The notes under the pieces: generated by a model
What the model saw: the letters and a program-made list of their open reading frames with translations, nothing else
The model's database searches: none
Told to the model about the DNA's origin: nothing
Position numbers and translations under genes: made by a program
In this document: positions 39,019-53,187 of the stretch, piece by piece
Layout of the letters: every line of letters begins with the position of its first letter
Position numbering within the stretch: the first letter of the stretch is position 1
Assembly: GCA_051294375.1 (NCBI GenBank)
Contig: CM119265.1
Location: 4,583,124-4,647,123 of the forward strand
Reading direction: 5' to 3'
DNA: 64,000 nt
DNA from: Paraspadella gotoi
Taxonomy: Eukaryota; Animalia; Chaetognatha

Positions 39019-39783
39019 ATTTCCCTTCTTTATCTGTTCTCACGCTACTCATCCTTCTTTTGCCCTAACAACGCTAAAAACTGAATAAAAAACCCTCTTT
39101 TTACTTACTAACTTACTTACTAACTATTGGTTATTTAAAAGAAGAGTCACTATCTTTCCCCTTCCCGCCAATTTTCACTTCCGCCTCGAATTTCCGGCTT
39201 CTCGCGATTATGCGATAAACTACCACGCGAAATTCCGTCGAAATATAGGATCATGTATTTTTTATGCGGACTCTTCTTCGTCTGTCGGCGTCTCGGCGGT
39301 GAGGGCGTCGGCTTGTCGGCGGACGTTGTCGGTATGATCTTGTTTTGGTCATCCTCCCACTCGGCAGAGGCGTCGGGTTATAACCCGGAAGTCGGTGGGG
39401 CGTAAAGCGTTTTTCGATGAGACGTCGACCGGAAGCGATATCGGACGAGACTGCGGGGGCGTCGTCGTCGTCTTCGTTTGTCCATTAAAAGATAATTTAT
39501 ATAGAAAATTAAACATTAACTTCCATCAGCCATAATCCTCTAACTCCGAACTTCCCCTTGCAACTTGCTCCGACCAAGCGTGAAAAAAAAATTTTGGGGG
39601 GGGGAGAATCGTTTAAAAAGCGAATCTTGCGAGAGAATGGAGAGGAACTACTTTTTCGCCTTTCAGACCGCGACCGACTCACCATCACTTGACTTCAATG
39701 TTCTTCCGCGCGTAAAGTCTTATACACTTTAAAATTCATTGAGAAAAAAATTAAAGGAAAAAAGGTCTTCCTTCCCCTGGGTA

Positions 39784-39820
<37 letters not shown>

Positions 39821-40587
39821 TCTCTCTCACACACACTCTCCCTCTCTCTCTCTCACCCTCCGTTCAAGAGTGATGAGCGGCGTAAAAAAGAGAGAAGGCC
39901 TTCAATTTCTCCCAAGAATCCTGAAACAAAAAAGTAAAAAAAAAACGAGAAAAAAAAAAGAAAATAGAAGGAAGAGAAAAGAAATGAAAAAAGAAAAAAA
40001 AAGGCCGAAGAATGAGAAAAAAAAAAAAAAAAAAAAAGAGAGAAAAAGTGAAGGATAAAAAAAAAGGAAAGGAGAGAAAGGGACATAAAAGTTAAAAGAC
40101 TTGTTCCCAGGCGAACGTAAAAGATGGAGATGGATTAACTGGAGGGATGCCGCCAACGCTGACGCCGACTATCGCCGCCGACGCCGTAGGGGCCGCCTCG
40201 CCGCCAGCGTCCCTGGCGCCGTAGCCGCCGCTGGCGTCGCGATAGGGACCACGGACTAGAGTAGAAAGATGACATCGGCTTATTAAATTTTTTTTTTTTT
40301 TTTTTTGAGCCAAAATTGAAAAAAAAAGGTATTAAGGGGGAGAGACAAATCACAAAATGAAAATTTTAGAAGAAGAAAAACAGATGAAAAAGGATGAATT
40401 TTTAACAGATTCAAACTAATTTAGGCTCGAAGACAAAACGATTCGTTAATTTATCTTTAAGTCGCCTCAATATTCTCCAAATTTCAATTATCTTTGACTA
40501 CGTTTGATCTTAAAATTAGCCGTGATCTCGCGGAGGACACGGTCCAGTTTCCAAGCGACGGAAAACCCTTTTTCCGCGTTCGTGTCT

Positions 40588-40697
40588 CGTCACTTCCGGC
40601 GACGTTTGCGGCCTCAACCGGCGTCCCTCACGGAATCGAACAAACAAACGAACAACCGCGATATCACGTGATATCGCGTCGACTCATGTGACGTCAC
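40588..40697. promoter_or_regulatory. Motif cluster: ETS-CRE, 22-bp palindrome centred on CACGTG, TCATGTGA and TGACGTCA
   Basis: CGTCACTTCCGGCGACG at 40588-40604; CGCGATATCACGTGATATCGCG at 40657-40678; TCATGTGACGTCAC at 40684-40697. Confidence 0.4.
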
Positions 40698-40704
40698 AGA
40701 GGAG

Positions 40705-40762
<58 letters not shown>

Positions 40763-41953
40763 AGAAAAGCGAGAAGCGAAAAGCGAAAAGCGAGAACTAT
40801 GCAATCTCGTTGTTCNNNNNNNNNNNNNNNNNNNNNNNNNNNNNNNNNNNNNNNNNNNNNNNNNNNNNNNNNNNNNNNNNNNNNNNNNNNNNNNNNNNNN
40901 NNNNNNNNNNNNNNNNNNNNNNNNNNNNNNNNNNNNNNNNNNNNNNNNNNNNNNNNNNNNNNNNNNNNNNNNNNNNNNNNNGTTTGTCATTTACGCGGAA
41001 CTTTCTTCTTTTTCCTTCTTGGCAACGCTTTCTTCGCCTCACTCCCGCTACCGCCACCCAATTTTTTTTTGTGATCCTTTTCTTTGTTTTTTTTCACGAT
41101 GTATTCGGGGTTTTTTTTTTCTTTTTCGAAACAAGTGAAGGTGATCAGATGTTGCTACTCAGATGCCAAATCGACGAAGCGACGTAGCGAGCGCGTGAAA
41201 AATTGGAATCGGAAAATTTGCGAATGAGACCGATTAACGAACGAAGGCGAACGGTTTTTGGTGAACGTGAGTCGTTCCTCGGTAGCATCGGTCAAAGTCG
41301 ATCCTTTCGACCGTGATGATTATTGGGTCGTGAGGAGTAGTGAGGATTGCTAATCAAGGTTGCTCATTATTAATCATTGTTAATATCTTTATTGAATTAT
41401 TTTAATTGCCTGAGAGCACGATACAGAAGAGAAGTAAGAAATTTAAAATTAGTTCAGTTGAATAGGATCAAGTAACGGATAATAATTTTTCCCGCTATCG
41501 TCTTCTTGTCTGAATTACCTAGACTCATAAACCTTTCCCTAAATTGTGGGCGGAAAAGCGAGTTAATATATTATTCGTAGATATAATTTTGATATATTCG
41601 TTAATCAAAATATTTATTTTCCATGTTTTCCTCTTCTTCAGCGTTTAAATCGACTTCGAAAGTTTTTCTTAAAAAGAAAATTAAACTTTAATACCTTTCC
41701 TGAGGCGATTTTACGGGCATGAAACTTATCCTTTATTTATATAATCTCTATCAAGTCAACTCTCAACACATCTGTATTGGCCGAGCCGCAGTTCCAATTT
41801 CTCCAGTCACCCTCGCCACCTCCTGCCACCCCCGCCACCCCGACTCTCAAAGAGCTCCATCACTCACGCCTCCGGCCGAGAATTTCCAAAACAACATATG
41901 ACCATGGAGGCCGCTAGTGTATTTTTCGGTCTTCGGCGAACGCTTGTGGTTGA

Positions 41954-42029
<76 letters not shown>

Positions 42030-42702
42030 GCTCTGGATGCGCGAACCCTGAGATGGGAAATGAATGGACCAGGGTCTTTCTGTTGGGGGAGAAAATCACT
42101 TTTTTCTTTTTAGTTTTTATTTCACTTATTTTTGTATTAGGTTTAAGACTTTGAATTTAAATAGTACAAAATATTAATTTAGTTTTTCCCAAATGAATAT
42201 CTGAGTTATGCGTGTCAAAGAAACGGCTCAAGAGAATCGAATGAAAAATATATGTGTCAAGTACCGGATGTAATTGAAGACAGAATTCAGTTGAAAAGTA
42301 ATTTCAAGTGATTACTTATGTCTGAAGTTATAAAAATAATTGGTTCAACATCATTGTATAACAGATATTGTTTTTTTGAACTCTTATTTTTGATTTTGAA
42401 CTTTTTCTTTCTTTTTTCATTAAATTTAATAATAACAGTCGCTCGAAAATGAACGTTTTTTGTCGAAATTCCAAAAAAATGATTTAAACTCAGTCTGCGA
42501 CCTCCCTGTCTTTTCTTCAATTTTGTTCCAGCTTCATTTGTTCTCTCTTTCTCTCTCCCTCCCTCTCCCCCTTTTCTCTCTCTGCTATTCGTCTCTTTCT
42601 TCGACGTCCAATTTTTTCGAACTTGGGGACAAATAAAATTCTTTGGCGAACTCCCCTTAAAAATCTTTACGACCATTGTAAACATCTTCGTCCGGGAGGA
42701 AG

Positions 42703-42739
<37 letters not shown>

Positions 42740-43183
42740 TTTTTTGGGATGTTTGTCACAGTTGAACGAATACTCAAGACCGTGCCGTCAGTTGAAATGT
42801 TTAAATCGTGCCAGCTTTCTGCGTAGCTCGTTTTCTTACTTTTTCTCTCTCTATCTCATTTAATTCTGGTTATCTTTTTCTCTCTTTCTCTCACTCTCTC
42901 TCATTCGCTCTCACTCTCTCTCACGTCTCTTCATTTTGATCTTCGGCAATTTCAAAGATAAAATCTCTTCACATGATTTGTGTTGTCTCCTCTCAATTTG
43001 ATTCACTCGTTTCGCTAAATTTCTAAAAATTCCATCTTCCAATTCGCGAATTTCTTTTCTCTTTTTTACTCAAATTTTATTTTCTTTTTTTTCCCCCTTT
43101 TCCTTTTCTTTTTTCTTTTCCTTTCCATGCCTTTGTATCCGTTCCGAGGCCGAGATTGTTTCTGTCATTTCCACGCGCGCCCG

Positions 43184-43272
43184 CGCCGCCATCATGGTCG
43201 CCTCGGCTGCCGCCGCCGCTGCCGCTTCCGCCGCCTGTCCGCCCGCCATTTCTGCCGGCGCCGCCATCTTGG
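43184..43272. promoter_or_regulatory. CpG island with three YY1-type CCGCCAT motifs
   Basis: CGCCGCCATCATGG at 43184-43197, CCGCCATTT at 43243-43251, CCGCCATCTTGG at 43261-43272. Confidence 0.35.
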
Positions 43273-45855
43273 TCGCGCCGTAAAATCCTCGCTCTCGATT
43301 CGATATCAAAAGGTCAGCCGCAATAATTCGCTGCTGCCAAATTTTTCTGTGTTCGCCCGGCCACCCCCCCTCCACCGGGTTGAAGGCAGGGGAGTGAGAA
43401 GTGGGGTTTTCTGGGGATGTACATGTATAACTCTCTTCATGTCTCTCTTCTTAGCCAAGGTAAAAGACTAAGACCCGGAGTAATTAGAGGGAAATTTTTC
43501 TCTCCTCTCTCTCATCTCCCTCTCCTTCCTTCCATCTCTCTCCTCTCTCGTCTCCTCTCTCTTCTTCTCCTCTGGCTCATCTCTCTCTCTACTCTCTTCC
43601 CCTTCATTAATTTTTTCCCCTCTATCTTAGTCAAGTCGCCGGATTGGATGACTGAGGAGAATGTTCAGGGGTTCTCTGTCTCTCCTGTTATGTCCTCTTA
43701 TCTTCCCCTCTCTTCTTTCTCTCTCTCTCTCTCTCTCTCTTGGCCGAGGCTCGCCTCCTATCATCCTCTCCCCACTCTCTCTCCCTTCTTTCCCCCGTCT
43801 TCAGTCCCCTCGTTGTAACGGATTAATGAATTTCGATGAACTCGGATGAATTTCTTTCCGTTTACTTGAAATCTCCATCCGTTTTATTCTTTCCCTTATT
43901 TTCTCTCCTATGTACATTTTATTTTCGGCCTTTTCTTTCTTTCTCTCTTTTGCATTTTATTCTTAGTTATCCTTTTTTAGTTGTTTTCTTTTGCTGCACC
44001 ATAGATTTTTCTACTTTATTTGCTTACATTTAGTATTTTTTTATTTCACTCTCACTCTTTTTTTTTGTTGGTATTTTTTTTAATTTTATCGATTTAAAAG
44101 GTCTTTAGCCATTTAATATCTTCATGAGATTTGTACTTAATGATCCAATTAGAAACCTTGGATAAAAATTATCCAAAAGACAAAACTCGCATTCTCCTCT
44201 TCCGCATAAGTTGAATATGTTGAATATATAATAACAACTAAATCTTGTCATTTAAACAATAAACATTGACGAATTGACTGGATTAGTTCCCCTTCCACAG
44301 AGAATCGGCCCATATTTTCGATATAAACTCCCCACAAACGACAAATTCACAATAGCGCACAATGAGCATTGTCCTTTACGCTTTCGACGAACTGCTTCCC
44401 CCCCTCCTCTTTTCAAATCCTCTCTCTCTCTCTCTCTCTCTCCTCTATCTCAATCGTCCTCGTCCTCAATCTCTCATCCCTCTCTCCTCGTCTCCTCTTC
44501 TCTCTCTCNNNNNNNNNNNNNNNNNNNNNNNNNNNNNNNNNNNNNNNNNNNNNNNNNNNNNNNNNNNNNNNNNNNNNNNNNNNNNNNNNNNNNNNNNNNN
44601 CTTCTCCGCCTCCCTGGAGGTTCGTGTTTGTTCTCGGCAAACATCCTCCGATTCCTCCCTTTCCTTTCCTCCATTTTTCTCCCTTTTTTCCCCCTTTCCT
44701 TTTCAATTGCTCCTTGCTCCTCTTCTCCGCCGGAAATTCTCGAACCCTTCGTGTCTCATTAACCCTATTTTTTTTTTCGGCGGCCGCTCCTTCCCACCCC
44801 CACTAACGTCCTGTGAATGTATCGTCCCTGCTATCGCCTTTAATTCTGTCTTCGCCTTCGAACGCACAACGCTCCTTTTCCCCCCTCCCCACCCCCGTTG
44901 TTAATCAAGGGCCTTTTCATCGCCGCGCGAATGCGCATCCTGGTCGCGTCAGGAGGAAATGCTTCGACGTCGTCGTCGTCGTCGTCGTCCTCGTTATCTC
45001 TTCGGGGTTTGCGGTGAAACCGAGAGCGTCCCCATCGAAATGTCGCTTTGGCCGCAAGGCGGCGCAGCGCATTCGTGACGCCGGGCATTCCCAACGCCGT
45101 TAGCGAGAATGAAAAGGGAGTAAGGATGGTTCGAGTTGGGAGCGATGAGATAAATGACAGAGGCAAGCTTCGAAAATTGTATCCCGAGAAACTAATTAGG
45201 GTTTGGAAAAGTCAGATGGCGTCTACGTTTTAACTCTCGATTCTACGTAATATTCCGGTTATTGTTGTTCTATGGAGTCCGCGATGTCGTCTTCGTTCCA
45301 ACGCGTTTTAACCTCATTCCATTTCCCGTTTTACTGCCAACCATATTTCCGAGTCTTTCATCGAAAGGACTCTCTTCCACATTTCCCCGTCTCCACGACC
45401 CTCCCCCTTTCCTTTCCTCCCTTTCCTTTCCTTTCCTCCCTTTTTCTTTTCTTGGCTCTCGTCTCACCTTCAACGGAGAATCGATTCCTCGGGTCTTTTC
45501 TCTTTGTTTGCTCACCTCCCTCTCTCTCGCTTCCTCTCTCCCTCTTTACTTATTCACGAAGGACTTACCTTCGATTTCCTCCTTTTTCTCTTCTCTCCTT
45601 TTCTCTTCCCCCTTTCTCTTTCTCGAATTCACGAAACCAATTCTCATTTAGCTCTTCTCTCAACGTTCTCCTCCCACGAATGTCCTTCCTCCCTAGATTC
45701 TCCTCCTCCCTCCCCGTTTCCCTTCCTCCCCTTCTTCCCTTCTTCCCCTACTCCCCTTCCTCCCCTCTCTTCCGACGGACGATTTCCATTCCGCCCTTCC
45801 CGGCTTACAATACGTTTACGTCCCAAAGACCGGAACGGTCGAGGATTTCTCTCGC

Positions 45856-45931
45856 GTTGCCATGGAAACGACGTAGACGACGATGATGAGGAGGACGATT
45901 CGACGGGGGATCAGCCGTTGCCGTTGGTAAC
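45856..45931. promoter_or_regulatory. Paired RFX X-box matches
   Basis: GTTGCCATGGAAAC at 45856-45869 (canonical) and GTTGCCGTTGGTAAC at 45917-45931. Confidence 0.4.
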
Positions 45932-46142
45932 AAAAAGCGAGCGTTGGCTCGGGTCACGACGGATCGAGTCAATAAATAACTGTTTTTTTAACGACATGGA
46001 AAAGAACCGATGCTGAGCGATGACGAACGATGCTTTTCGATAATTCTCGAATGTACGACGACGTTTAAAATTTGATTCATGTGCCCTCTGTTTAATTCTA
46101 ATAACAATTAAAATGTCACGATTCTCATAAATAGTCAATCTC

Positions 46143-46260
46143 TATGAAATTTGTACAACCAATATAAAAATTATCCATTCATTTAATAAATAAGCTATCT
46201 TGTCCCTGACTTTGGACAGGCTTTGGTGGTTTAAGGCCTCCATCACACTTACAAGATAAT
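46143..46260 (-). mobile_element. Truncated inverted copy of the 10839-11188 dispersed repeat
   Basis: Reverse complement of 11071-11188 with 3 mismatches in 118 bp by manual alignment; it shares the same terminus. Confidence 0.75.
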
Positions 46261-47699
46261 AACTATAATAAATTAATAATTAGTTAATACTTTTCTCAAT
46301 GATGTCCTTTCACTAATTCGTGATTTATTCGAAAGCTTTCTCGAAAATGAACCCCACGACATAACCCTTACCAGTAACCACGCCCTTACATCGTCACTCC
46401 ATTCCTTTCCACGCCCAGACATTTCTTCCGGCGTTTTGGCCGACGAATCCGGTTCTCGTTCCATTTCCGCCGGACGCGATTCCGGAAATCCCGATAACTT
46501 CCTCCTCCCCTTCGTTAAATCCTTCCACAGTGACAAAATCCACAGTAGATTTCATCTCGGAAATCCATCCGGCGCTCGGCGACTTTTCGAAGTTCGCCTC
46601 TTTGACCGCAAGCCCTCACATTGTGGGTCGGCCATTTGATATTGGGAAATCTGATAGTGCGTAGGTGAGGTGCGTACGTTATAATCTGTCGAAAACCTCA
46701 CTCAAGTTTTAAATATTGTTTACACTTAGACTACTCAATATTCTCTATCTACCAAAACTGCAGTCAGCATTTCTGTAATATGTTTTCCCTTCAAACTAAC
46801 ATATGCGAAGTCGTTTAATCCCCATCTTCCTTACTTACCCTCCCACCCTTCCCTTCTTTCGGGATTATGAATGCCCCTTAAAATTGCGCGACGCATCGTT
46901 CATCATTCCGCCTCCGATGACGCGCCTCGCCCGATCCCCAATCGCCAGAGCTTCTTTGTGCGGGAGTCCGATTTTCCTTCGTCCGTTCGGGTGACGGATG
47001 ACGTTCGAGGATGAACGGACGGACGGACGTACCGAATCCGCGTTCTTTGACCGAACAAGAGGTTCATCCCTTTCGCTTCGAAACGTTCCCGGCGAATCGC
47101 AGTGAAACTCTCACAGAAAAACTCACGGACTCACGCGGTCTGCAAACAAACAGTCTCCCGCGCCCTCCCGTCTTCTCACATACTCCCCCTCTCGTCGCGG
47201 TGGCTCTTGTCTTTGCTCAAAGTTCACATCGGGGATCACGCTTCATTATCTGTGCCTTTGCATGTCCCCAGAGTGTGATGGAAGGAGGGAAAGGGATGGA
47301 TGGAGTGGAGGGGGGGGGGAGAAAATATAAACCGACGGCGCTGTTGAACGATTTACTGCATTTTTTTGTGGTTTTTTGTTTGCTCAAAACTCTCTCGGTC
47401 TCTCTTTTGCTTTATTCTCTCTATATCTGCTTCTTCTATCTTTCTACGTCTCTCTCTCTTCTATTTCTCTCTTCATGTCCCTCTATCTCTCTCTTCTTTT
47501 TCTCTTTCTCTTCATACTCTCCCTCCCGATATCTGGCGACCTTCTATCAAGACGCCCACGACATTGAAGACTGCCAGAAATCTGCAATCGATGAATCATC
47601 GATTGCGGATTTTATTCAATCCAAATGATAAAATAGGACTCGGCCGTGCCACCAATGGCCAATGGCGCTAAATCCGCCGAGGAGAGTCTCGTGCGGGAA

Positions 47700-47790
<91 letters not shown>

Positions 47791-48349
47791 GAGAATGAAG
47801 AATGAGCGATGGAAATGCGCAGACATGAAAGGAGAGAGAGAACGAAAGTTTCGACTCTTTGCCTCAAAAAAACTGCACGACATCATGAAGGACGACGACG
47901 ACGACGACGACAACGACGACGGAAGCGGCACACGAGGCAGGCCCCCCGGTCGCGTTTCAATGTCCATTTCTCCTCGACGACGTCCGTCATCGACGTCCGC
48001 TGTTTTTCGAGGTCGAACGATGAAAAGGAAAATCCCTTTTCCGACCTTTTCTCCTTTTCTCCTTTTTTCCTTTTTTTTTTCTTAATTCTTTTCATTTTTT
48101 CTTCCACGTTTTTGTAAAAAAAAAAGTCTTTTCGTTTCCTTCCGGCCTCCCCCAACGTCCGACTCTCCATCGTCTTTTCTCGCATCCCGGAAGTGGGCGT
48201 GGCTTTCGATCTCTATTTTCGCGTCTTTCTTGAAAAAACGTCCTCCATAAAGTTTGTTCTTCTAGTATCGAGTCTTTTCTTAGATGTTCAAAAAATAAAA
48301 CAATTTTATTTTCTTAATTTGTCTTAAATTTTTTGTTAATTTTTCAAAA

Positions 48350-48414
<65 letters not shown>

Positions 48415-48740
48415 TTAAAAAGAGAGACAGAGAGAAGGACCAAACCCCAGACAGAGAGAGCGGGACACAGAATCTTTTCCGTTTTACATCTCAACATATC
48501 CTCGTTAAACTCGTTCTACATTGTTATCCTGGATTCGCTCTTTAACCTAACCTTTCCTTTTCTCTATGCCTCCCTCCTCCTCCTCCTCTTCCTCCGCCTT
48601 TTCTAGGAAATAATCCTCCTTTTACTATTTTCTTTCGTCTCTTTTATTCGTGGAGGGGCGATCGTAAAGAAGTGGCAGCGATGGAAGGAGATGGAAGGAG
48701 ATGCTGGAAAAGATGCGAATGGATTGGAACGGAAGATTGA

Positions 48741-48989
48741 AAGAAGAAGAAGAAAGGAAAAATGGGAAAAAGATCAAAGGAAAGAAGAAGAAAAAGAAAG
48801 AAAAGAAAAAAAGAAAGAAGAAAGAAGAACAGAAGAAAAAGAAAAAAGAAAGGAAAGAAAGAGAAAAAAGAGAAAGAAGAAAAGAAAGATAAGAAAGGAA
48901 AGAAAGAAAGAAAGAAAGAAAAGAAAGAAAGAAAGAAGAAAGAAGAAAGAAAGAAAGAGAAGAAAGAGAAAGAGGAAAGAAGAAAAAAA
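48741..48989 (+). repeat. A/G-rich low-complexity tract (AAG/AAAG)
   Basis: Almost pure purine for ~250 bp; it is the source of the K/R/E-rich spurious ORFs. Confidence 0.9.
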
Positions 48990-49527
48990 TCAGGGAAAAA
49001 TGACGAACGTGAAGAAAAAAAATGGAAGCTGTTTGTTCGGAAAAGATTAACCTATTGAAGTAATTTTGAGAAGAGATATAAATGATGTGATTTTTAAAAT
49101 GAAAATGAAAAAAAAAAAAAAAAACAACCGTTAACTGGTTCTTTCGAAACAGGAGTACCTCATGTGATTTTTTTTTTCAATTTGGAAATTAAAAAATGCA
49201 TTTCATGAGGTACGCTCGACCCAGAGAAAAAAACGGAGAAAGTTGGCGTTTATTTGCGGATCCTAAATAAATTTGAACCTCATCGTCATTCGTCTTCGCG
49301 GATACAAAACGTCTCCTCCTTTTCCTTCGCCTTCTTCGCCTCCTTGAAAAATTCCCTCTTAAAAACTTTTTACGCCGTGGAAAGAGAATAGAGGGCGCGG
49401 AGGTGGGGTGGGGGGCGGAGAGAGAAGAAGAGAGAGCCCATTGTTATTGTCGTTTATGGGAGGGAGAGCGGGAAATGTCTGAATTCGGACGGCATTTACG
49501 CGAAAACTCATAAATCCGGGTTTTCGG

Positions 49528-49599
<72 letters not shown>

Positions 49600-51195
49600 T
49601 GAGAGAGAGAGAGAGAGATCGCGCGTTTGTGGTTGCGCCGATGCGCAAACTGCCGCCGCCGATAGGGATTCTCTTCGGGCAGGAAGTTATATTAAAGCTG
49701 TTCACTTTTATGGGGGTCGATTCGTTGGGGAGGAGAGGGGGGTGAGGAAAAGGTGAGGTAAGATGGGAGAAAGTAAAAGGAAATTGAAAAGTAAAACGAT
49801 AAGAAGGAAGAGGAAATGAGGAAAACAAAGAAAAGAAATTGGAAAACGTAATGAAACATTTTTTTTGGAAAATATATTTTTTAAAAGTTGACTTTCTGAC
49901 AATATTACATGATTTATTGATGTATATGATAATTATTTTCGGTTATAAAGTAAAGATAAAAGATACGTCAATGAAATTATTGGATGACGACAACCAATAT
50001 TGAATAATCGAAATAAAAAAAAAGATTTCTAAAAACGCTTTTCTATTTGTTTTTCAACATATCTACGTACAAGAAACAAACCCAAAGTTTCTCCCAAGTC
50101 TAAGATATCCTCCTAATTTCTTTTCTCTTTGAAACATCATCTGCCTCCTCCTTTTTTCTCCTTTTTTTTTTCAAGACGCAGATCAATAAACGACGAAAAA
50201 CAACAAACAGAAGAAAAAAAATGTGGTGAGGGTAAACAAATCCCTTTCCATCCGAGGATTCTGCTCTTTCGATGGCGTCTCTCTTTTTTTTTTCTTTCGG
50301 AATGAGAGAAAAATAGAAAACAAAAAAAAATGAGAATATTAAGTCTCTCCGGTTTTTGGGGGGGAAAATGAGAAAAAAATACAAAATGTCTTTTGTTTGC
50401 GTTTCTACTTTATATTCCAATGATTCTTTTGTTCTCTTTGGTTTGGCCCGTCTTTTATTTTTTTAAAAATTTACCAATTTAAAAAAAAAGGGGTTTTACT
50501 TTCATCTCGCGTATATTTTCCGCAGATGGTGAACTTAATTCGACGTAAACAAACAAAAAAATTGCTGTAAGAACCGTCTGCTCTCCAGAGTCAATTATTC
50601 CATTGCTTTAAGAGCGCGTCTCCCAGCTGCGGCTACTGAGTGGTTTTTCTTTCTTTCAATTTTAAAGTGACTTTCTTTTTATGTTTGTAAAAACGAAAGC
50701 GAAATTCCATAAACTAAACTTTTTTCCTTATTAAAAAAAATTTAATTAGTTTTTGGATCGAATGGTAACTGCACTGTCGTCATAAAAACCGAGCTGGATC
50801 ACCAAATTTATATAACTATTGCCCAAAATACATTCCATGGATTCTCGTTCTGACAAACGAAAAATAAAAAAAAACTTTACAAAAAATTTTAAAAAATCAA
50901 ATAATCGGCGAATGGAATTAAATATTTAGCGGAATCATTTGTTCTGCGGTCACAGATGCTGCTCTCGGTACCATTTTTATTTTATCTTATGTTTTTTGAT
51001 TAAAATAATTTTGTTTCCAAACGGATCGAACGGAATTTTTATTGAATCGTGTGTTTTTGTTTCGAAAAAAAAAAAATTTTAACACAGATATCGCCGCTGA
51101 GAATGCAGCGGTTTTTACGAATGAGCTGCTTAGTTTTTCTCCTTTTGACCAAAAAATTTAATCATTTGTGTTCGTTCTTGTCGTTATTATCGTTT

Positions 51196-51249
<54 letters not shown>

Positions 51250-52282
51250 TCGTCAACGACGCGGCCGCGCCCGAAAAATTACGACCTTTTCCCGATCGAA
51301 TGAAAAGAGAAAGAAAAAAATAAACATAAAAAGAAAAAATATCATAAAATGTCGTTTACGTCGCCAAAATTTGACGAGAAACGAGGTCACCAGACGTAAA
51401 AAAAAATGGAAGAAAAAAAAGGGAAAGTAAAAAAGGAGAGAATTTAGTGGAAAAGAAAAGGAAAAAAAAAAACTAAAAAGGAAAAAAAAAAGAAAACTGA
51501 AAAAATAATCGGAAGGAAAGAAATAAAAAAGAGGGAAAATAAAGCCGCCCCCGTCGCTCAAAAGCCGCCGCTGATGCCGCCGCCGCAGCCGCCGCCGCCT
51601 TCGTCGTCGTTCGTTGTCAAAAACGCATGCGGCGGCGGCTGCTTTCGCCCTCGCGCCCTTTAGTGAGGGTCACAGTTCGGGCAAGGGAGAGGGGAAGAGA
51701 GAGACGAGAGTTATCGGCAGCGTAAAGCAAAATGTATCACGTGATTTACCGACTAAAAATTTAATTTAATTAAAATTTGCGTTTTGCGTCATTCAATCCC
51801 GATTTAACTCCACAAAAGAGCGTAGCGCCTACTACCTGGCGTGGCGTAGCGGGGTGCACGTAGCATGGACGGATTCTACGGTCGCGTCCCGCCAACCGTT
51901 TCACGACGCACTCGTTTTTGTCCGCTTGTTTATGACATTTCTCCGAGGTCACGCCCCGATGGACTTCTCACGGTGGAAAGAGTGGAGTGTGGGGGAAAAG
52001 GATGGATGGCTCTCGAAAAGGTCAAAGAGCGAAGGGAGAGGTAACAGGGTTCAGGGGTGTAGATTCAGGTTTTAAGGGTGGAAGATTCAGGTCTAACTCA
52101 AAAAAATTCAGATTAAGATCGAGAATTCAGGTCGAAGATTCAGAGTTAAAGGTCAAAGATCACACGCGCGCATTTTCGAAAAAGAAGAAAACAAACTAAT
52201 AAAAGTCCAATTTGGATTTCGCAAAAATGTCACTTCGGCTTGCAGTCGTCTCTTGAAAAGTAGGCGCCGGTCTTTTACGAGA

Positions 52283-52407
<125 letters not shown>

Positions 52408-52684
52408 TTTAAATGTTTTCAGTCACGACTCATTTAATCTCTGCAGCAATCGGATATAGCCCGAAAAGATGACATGAACAAGTTGACAGGAAGATGGTAA
52501 AGTCGTTTTACTTGTGAATTAAAAAATTAATTTATAAATTAAATAAACCAACTCTCCCGAGGCCGTTATTTTATGGAGACGCGAAAAAACGTTTTGATCT
52601 CAGTTTAATATGACATTTTAAAGCTCATTGATTTTGCATATTTTGCCTTTCGTATTTTAGTTTACTTCAATTGTGTTTGTTAAA

Positions 52685-52843
52685 ATACAATCTTAATTTT
52701 GTTATTAGCAAATATAAACGATAGATCAAGTGTGATCAAGTTTTCATAGCATTTCTTTTTTTTATACAATCTGAGTTTGTTATTAGCAAATATAAACGAT
52801 AGATCAAGTGTGATCAAGTTTTCATAGCATTTCTTTTTTTTAT
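52685..52843 (+). repeat. Tandem ~78-bp duplication
   Basis: TTTGTTATTAGCAAATATAAACGATAGATCAAGTGTGATCAAGTTTTCATAGCATTTCTTTTTTTTAT occurs twice, head to tail. Confidence 0.9.
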
Positions 52844-52859
52844 TCCAGGTTTTCACGTC

Positions 52860-52942
52860 GGGTCGAAGCGGGTCGAAGCGGGTCGACGAGGGTCGCAGAG
52901 GATCGCAGAGGATCGCAGAGGATCGCAGCGGATCGCAGCGGA
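52860..52942 (+). repeat. 10-bp minisatellite grading from GGGTCGAAGC to GGATCGCAGA/C, ~8 units
   Basis: Directly visible; the unit sequence changes progressively along the array. Confidence 0.85.
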
Positions 52943-53123
52943 ACATAAGAACACAGTATCGCTTCTTGGATTTCCATATGCTTCTCGACATCCATAAAAC
53001 TCACGAAAGACCAGATCCTCGATTTCCGTCCTGACGTAAAAAAATATTTTCGACGTAAAATAAAAAAGCAAAAATGACCTTCGGTATACATAATGAAAAC
53101 GTGAATGAATTCTCTAAGTCTAA

Positions 53124-53187
<64 letters not shown>

